From Acidimicrobiales bacterium (GTDB lineage: Bacteria > Actinomycetota > Acidimicrobiia > Acidimicrobiales > VFJN01): 64,000 nucleotides of DNA. A program made the position numbers and the translations under genes. The notes under the pieces were generated by a model. The model made no database searches. It was not told the DNA's origin and saw only the letters and a program-made list of their open reading frames with translations. This document shows, in pieces, positions 59,936 to 64,000 of this stretch; the first letter of the stretch is position 1, and every line of letters starts with the position of its first letter. Where the stretch lies: NCBI GenBank assembly GCA_035697145.1, contig DASSDL010000166.1, forward strand, positions 10,009 through 74,008, written 5' to 3'.

Positions 59936-60796
59936 TCAGTCCCCGCGCGGCGGAGCTTCGGTGCCGGCCCGGCGGGCGCCTGACACCAGGTCCGCGCTCA
60001 GCCGGCGCATGCCGGCCAGCCAGCGGTCGCGGTCCGCCGCGCGGCGCTGCTCGAATGTCCCCACGTCAGGGTGGGGGAGGATCAGGAAGCGCTCGTCACG
60101 GATGCCGGCGACCACGGTGTCCGCCACTCGGTCGGGCGACAGGATGCCCGCCACGGCGGCGGCCTGGGTTTCGGCACGCGGTGCGTCCGGCAGCTCGGTG
60201 TCCTCGACCCCGGTCCCGGTGCCGCCCCGCAGCATGGCGGTGTCGACCGCCATCGGGCACACGCACGACACCTTGATGCCGAGGTCGCCGTAGGTGATGG
60301 CCAGCCACTCGGCGAACGCCACCGCAGCATGCTTGGTCACGGAATAGGGGGCGTCACCGGGTTGGCTCAGTAGGCCGGCCGCCGATGCCGTGGAAAGCAG
60401 GTAGCCGCCGCCCCGTTCGAGCATGAGGGGAACCATCACCCGGGCCGCGTACAGGTGGGCGAGCACGTTGACCGCCCAGACCGACTCCCACACGGTGTCG
60501 GGCGCCTCGATGCCGCCGAAGCCGAGGATGCCAGCGTTGGAGGCGAACAGGTCGATGGGGCCGATCTCCGCCTCGGTGCGTTCTACGACCGCCTCGATGT
60601 CGGCCTCCACGGTGACATCGGCCGTGAGGGCGGTACCCCGGCTTCCCAGCGCGTCTGCGGTGGCCAGCGCGCCGTCGGCGTCCTTGTCGACGACCACCAC
60701 TGTTCTGGCGCCCTCGGCGGCGAAGCGCTGACACAGGGCCTGACCGATCCCGCTGGCACCGCCGGTCACGACGCAGATGCGGTCACGCAGCTCCAT
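59936..60796 (-). CDS. SDR-family oxidoreductase
   Basis: ATG 60796 lies inside ORF 59936..60928. Motifs are 'ICVVTGGASGIGQAL', 'LFASNAGI' and 'YSVTKHAAVAFAE'. Confidence 0.85.
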   Translation of the reverse strand: MELRDRICVVTGGASGIGQALCQRFAAEGARTVVVVDKDADGALATADALGSRGTALTADVTVEADIEAVVERTEAEIGPIDLFASNAGILGFGGIEAPDTVWESVWAVNVLAHLYAARVMVPLMLERGGGYLLSTASAAGLLSQPGDAPYSVTKHAAVAFAEWLAITYGDLGIKVSCVCPMAVDTAMLRGGTGTGVEDTELPDAPRAETQAAAVAGILSPDRVADTVVAGIRDERFLILPHPDVGTFEQRRAADRDRWLAGMRRLSADLVSGARRAGTEAPPRGD

Positions 60797-60803
60797 GGAT
60801 GGG

Positions 60804-61790
60804 TCAACCCTTCCCGATGGCCGCCCGGACGGTGGCATCGGCCGAGGCTCGGCGATCGCGCCCCCAGGGTAGGGGCATGAGGACGGGCACCTCGACGCCG
60901 GCATCGACGTAGGACTGCATCGTGGCATGCACGACGCCGGCGTCGCCCATGACGTCGATCGCGTCGACCATGCGATCGCTCACCGCGCGCACCGCGCCCT
61001 CCCGGTCCCCGGCGCCGAATCGTTCCCGGATCTCGGCCACCTCGTCGGCGAACCCCGCGCGTTCGAAGTTGCGGGCATAGCTGTCCACCACGGAGTACGA
61101 GAAGAGGTCGCGCCGGGCGAGCTCGATGCCCTCGTCGCGCTCGCACAGGCCTGCGTGCACGTAGGCGTAGACGGCGGCGTCACCGCCCTTGCGCACCTGC
61201 TCGACCGACCAGGGGACGTGCGACGCCGGCAGGTAGTTGAGCAGGACCCCGTCGGCCAGCTCACCGGCCAGGCGCAACATGGCCGGGTTCAGCGCCCCGA
61301 CCACGATCTTGGGGACACGCTTGCCGAGGCGTACCCCGAGCCGGAAGCCCTTGGCCTGGTAGAAGTCGCCGGCGAAGTCGACCTTCTCGCCGGACAGGCA
61401 GGCGCGTAGCAGGGTCACGTACTCGCGGACGTGCGCCAAGGGCCGGTCGCCGTAGGGGACCCCGTGCCAACGCTGCGTCACCACCGGCGACGAGATGCCG
61501 ATGCCGAGTAGGACTTCCCGCTCGGGTCCCAGCGCCTGAAGCGTGGCTCCCGCCATCGCCACCACCATGGGCGTGCGCAGCTGGAGGGCCAGAACGCCGG
61601 TCCCGAGATCGAGGCCGGGGGCGGCGGCGCCGACGGCGCCGAGCAGGGAGAACGCTTCGGGCCCGGTGGTCTCGGCGGTCCAGAAGCTCCGGTAGCCGAG
61701 TTCGGAGGCCGTCCGGGCGGTCGAGACCGCCAGGTCGGGCCCCAAGCTCATGAGCGATGCGAAGGTGACACCGGCCCGGTCCATTCCCAT
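60804..61790 (-). CDS. LLM-class F420-dependent oxidoreductase
   Basis: 328 aa with 'ARTASELGYRSFWTAE', 'LLGIGISSP' and 'ADGVLLNYL'. It ends 7 nt before the SDR start. Confidence 0.85.
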   Translation of the reverse strand: MGMDRAGVTFASLMSLGPDLAVSTARTASELGYRSFWTAETTGPEAFSLLGAVGAAAPGLDLGTGVLALQLRTPMVVAMAGATLQALGPEREVLLGIGISSPVVTQRWHGVPYGDRPLAHVREYVTLLRACLSGEKVDFAGDFYQAKGFRLGVRLGKRVPKIVVGALNPAMLRLAGELADGVLLNYLPASHVPWSVEQVRKGGDAAVYAYVHAGLCERDEGIELARRDLFSYSVVDSYARNFERAGFADEVAEIRERFGAGDREGAVRAVSDRMVDAIDVMGDAGVVHATMQSYVDAGVEVPVLMPLPWGRDRRASADATVRAAIGKG

Positions 61791-61851
61791 AGCCGGCCCA
61801 ACCTAGTAGCCGCCGCGCGCCGGCGGTGTTGGCACATACGATCGATCCCCT

Positions 61852-62727
61852 ATGGATCTGACGGAGGCCGAGGGGCGTGTGCTCGGGTGCCTCATCGAGC
61901 GGGAGGCGGTTGCCCCCGAGGCGTATCCGGTCACGCTCAACGACCTGCGCCTTGCCTGCAACCAGACGAGCGGGCGGGATCCAGTGGTCGCCTACGACGA
62001 CCGCACGGTGGAGGACACACTGCTGTCGCTCAAGTCCAAGGGTCTGGCGCGCTTCGTTTCGGCGCGCGTCCCGGGGGATCGCACCACCCGCTACCGCCAT
62101 CGGGCCGACGAGCGCTGGCGCATGGGACGGGGCGATCTGGCGGTGCTTGCGATCCTGTTGCTGGGCGGAGCCCTGACCGTGTCCGAGGTGCAGGAGCGCG
62201 CCCGGCGGTTGGCGTCATTCGCAGACCCGGCCGACGTCGACGCGGTGCTCGACATGCTGGCGGCCCGCACCCCTACGCCGTTCGCAGCCCGCCTGGAGGG
62301 CGACGGCGCGGGCGGCGAGACCCGGTGGGTCCAGGTGCTCACCGGGCCCTTCCCGAGGGTGCCCAGCGGCGAGTCGGCCGGCGCCGCACCGCTCGAGGCC
62401 CTGCCTGCGTCCTACGCCGACCTGTCCTCCCGCGTCGCCGAGCTGGAGCAGCGCTTGGCGGGGGCCCTGGAGCGACAGGGCCCGGCCACGCCCCGGGACC
62501 GCGATCAAGCCCCGGGTCCCAACCTCCGTCCGGGCTACCGTTCGAGCGACTGGCGGGACGATCCGCCGCTGCCCCCGCCGCCCCCACCACCGGACGTGGG
62601 CGGCAACCACCTCGCCACCCTTCCCCAGCTCACCGTGGCCGAGGACATGTCCGACCTGGCCGAGCGGGTACGCGACATCGAGCGCCGTCTGACGCGCATC
62701 GAGGCCGAGCTGGCGGCCCTGCGCTAG
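61852..62727 (+). CDS. DUF480 (YceH-like) protein with an extended C-terminus
   Basis: 'LTEAEGRVLGCLIEREAVAPEAYPVTLNDLRLACNQTSGRDPVVAYDDRTVEDTLLSLKSKGLAR' matches YceH. There are about 80 extra C-terminal aa with a Pro7 run and coiled-coil-like 'ERVRDIERRLTRIEAELAALR'. Confidence 0.8.
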   Translation: MDLTEAEGRVLGCLIEREAVAPEAYPVTLNDLRLACNQTSGRDPVVAYDDRTVEDTLLSLKSKGLARFVSARVPGDRTTRYRHRADERWRMGRGDLAVLAILLLGGALTVSEVQERARRLASFADPADVDAVLDMLAARTPTPFAARLEGDGAGGETRWVQVLTGPFPRVPSGESAGAAPLEALPASYADLSSRVAELEQRLAGALERQGPATPRDRDQAPGPNLRPGYRSSDWRDDPPLPPPPPPPDVGGNHLATLPQLTVAEDMSDLAERVRDIERRLTRIEAELAALR

Positions 62728-62827
62728 TGGATCGGGCGACCGCGGACTGCGGGAGCCCGTCCCGGTGTGACCGATTCGCCGCTAGCTGTCGTCGCCGACT
62801 GCCGAGCGACCGGTATGGTGGGCGGCA

Positions 62828-63031
62828 ATGACCGAGACCCATACGCTCGACGAGGCGATCAGCGAGGCCTTGGCCGTCATAGACAAGGGCCTGGGTGATC
62901 TGCTCCATCGTGAGCTGGTGTCCTCGAACGAGGTGGCCGACCTGCTGCTCGACGTGCGGACGCTGCTCGCCAACCCGGGTTCGGCCGACAGCGACGACCG
63001 GGACGACTTCGACGTCCCGGTGCCGGGCTGA
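62828..63031 (+). CDS. small acidic hypothetical protein (67 aa)
   Basis: GC3 bias is strong throughout and the RBS is weak. No family is recognised. Confidence 0.5.
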   Translation: MTETHTLDEAISEALAVIDKGLGDLLHRELVSSNEVADLLLDVRTLLANPGSADSDDRDDFDVPVPG

Positions 63032-63046
63032 CCGGCCCGGGCCTTC

Positions 63047-63069
63047 CCGTCGCCAGGTGATGGCGACGG
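63047..63069. terminator. hairpin between convergent genes (CCGTCGCC-n7-GGCGACGG)
   Basis: Read directly: an 8-bp stem (63047-63054 / 63062-63069) with a 7-nt loop. It lies between the stops at 63031 (+) and 63085 (-). There is no T-tract. Confidence 0.4.
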
Positions 63070-63084
63070 TCCGACGACAGGCGT

Positions 63085-63684
63085 TCAGCGCTTCAGCGAG
63101 GTGTGCTTGAACTCGTTGAGCTCGGGGAAGTCGGTCAACAAGGCCACCACGCGTTCGATGGTCTGGGTCGCCAGTTCGGCGTCGCCGCGAGGGCGCTCCA
63201 TGAGCCGCACGAAGACGGCCCCCTCACCCTGGACGAAGGTCGGAACGCCCCATACCTCGTGATCCTCGGCGGCGGCGGTGTGCTCGACCCGGACTCGCTC
63301 CAGTGCCTGCCCGCCGTCGATATGCGCGAACACTTGGTTGGCGTCGACGCCGGAGTCGGTAAGGACCCGGCGAACCTCGTCGGGATCCTCCAGGTGCCTG
63401 CCCTCGTCGTGACGTAGGGCGAACAGCGCCTCGTGGACGTCGAGGAATCGGTCGGGGAACTCGTCTCGCACCACCACACCCGCCTGCATGGCAAGCAGCC
63501 CGGAGTCGTCCTGCGGACGGGTCCATATGTCGGGCTCGCCCTCGGCGACGTGGACCTGTGCCAATGAGAACGGCACGAATCGGACGGTCCACGGGGCGCC
63601 GGCGCGGAGCGCCTCGATGATGTGCTCGTGCGCATTGCGGGCGAACGGGCACCGGTAATCCCAAGTCACGGCGAAGTCGGTCAT
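63085..63684 (-). CDS. DsbA-like thioredoxin-fold protein (single-Cys CPFA motif)
   Basis: ATG 63684 lies inside ORF 63085..63987. 'FAVTWDYRCPFARNAHEHI' and 'EVWGVPTFV' fit DsbA/HCCA-isomerase-like proteins. Confidence 0.7.
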   Translation of the reverse strand: MTDFAVTWDYRCPFARNAHEHIIEALRAGAPWTVRFVPFSLAQVHVAEGEPDIWTRPQDDSGLLAMQAGVVVRDEFPDRFLDVHEALFALRHDEGRHLEDPDEVRRVLTDSGVDANQVFAHIDGGQALERVRVEHTAAAEDHEVWGVPTFVQGEGAVFVRLMERPRGDAELATQTIERVVALLTDFPELNEFKHTSLKR

Positions 63685-63713
63685 CGGGTGGGTCAACGGG
63701 CTGGCGCGCCAAC

Positions 63714-64000
63714 TCATTCCGGCCCGTCGGAAGGAAAGGGCCATGCCCGCCGGGCGACGCGCGCCAGCACCACGCCGAGAATCGCGCCCGCCACCACGTC
63801 CGAGGGGTGATGGATCCTCACGTACACCCGGCTGCTCGCCACCACGGCACCAATCGCGTAGTAGAGCGGCCACAGCGGGTCGCGCTGGCTCAGCACACCG
63901 GCCGCGGTCATAGCCGCGGACGCGTGGCCCGAGGGGAAGCTCGACGTACGCGGGCGGCGCAGCCGCAGCGGCCTCGCTTGCTCCCAAGCGGGTCGGTGGC
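63714..64000 (-). CDS. PAP2-family phosphatase, C-terminal part (5' end outside the window)
   Basis: The frame is open to the right edge. It reads '...SFPSGHASAAMTAAGVL...SRVYVRIHHPSDVVAGAILG', which are PAP2 motifs C2 (PSGH) and C3 (SRxxxxxHxxxD). Confidence 0.8.
   Translation of the reverse strand, partial: HRPAWEQARPLRLRRPRTSSFPSGHASAAMTAAGVLSQRDPLWPLYYAIGAVVASSRVYVRIHHPSDVVAGAILGVVLARVARRAWPFPSDGPE

Noticed and set aside
1-64000. Mobile elements, prophage, genomic-island borders, tRNA or rRNA genes.
   Set aside because: No integrase, transposase, phage structural gene, terminal inverted repeat or tRNA-like cloverleaf was noticed in any intergenic gap. The gene stubs have no flanking IS sequences.

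Overview
This is a very GC-rich chromosomal segment, about 70% GC by eye (not computed), that looks actinobacterial. F420/LLM-type oxidoreductases, an Mca-like amidase, a conservon and many acyl-CoA genes support that origin. I call about 66 protein-coding genes and found no rRNA, tRNA, CRISPR array, transposase, integrase or prophage gene. All calls rest on reading the supplied ORF translations, GC3 bias, start and RBS context and remembered family motifs. Nothing was searched or computed, so family names and start codons are provisional.

Content by theme:
- **Lipid and acyl-CoA metabolism:** two thiolases, a tandem-domain acyl-CoA dehydrogenase, an acyl-CoA ligase, two TesB-like thioesterases, three SDRs, three LLM oxidoreductases and an amidohydrolase-2.
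- **Signalling:** a zinc-ribbon/cyclase/STAND-ATPase/TPR protein, and a four-gene cvnA-D conservon with an atypical membrane sensor.
- **Membrane modules:** a split MgtE-like transporter with a PhoU/TrkA-C partner, an NfeD/SPFH pair and a DedA protein.
- **Small-molecule and detoxification genes:** NAT, VOC, MBL, amidase and Mca.

The best candidate for an undescribed system is a translationally coupled three-gene membrane operon at 14807-18284. It encodes a single-TM protein, an HTTM (vitamin-K-carboxylase/SdpB-like) protein whose DCC-like tail lacks the CxxC, and an alpha-helical toroid-like domain fused to a MarC-like membrane domain.

A second theme is decay. At least four or five gene remnants abut intact genes: an ABC-2 permease C-terminus, an aldo/keto reductase N-terminus, an epoxide hydrolase C-terminus, a truncated small conserved protein, and a methyltransferase tail on Mug.
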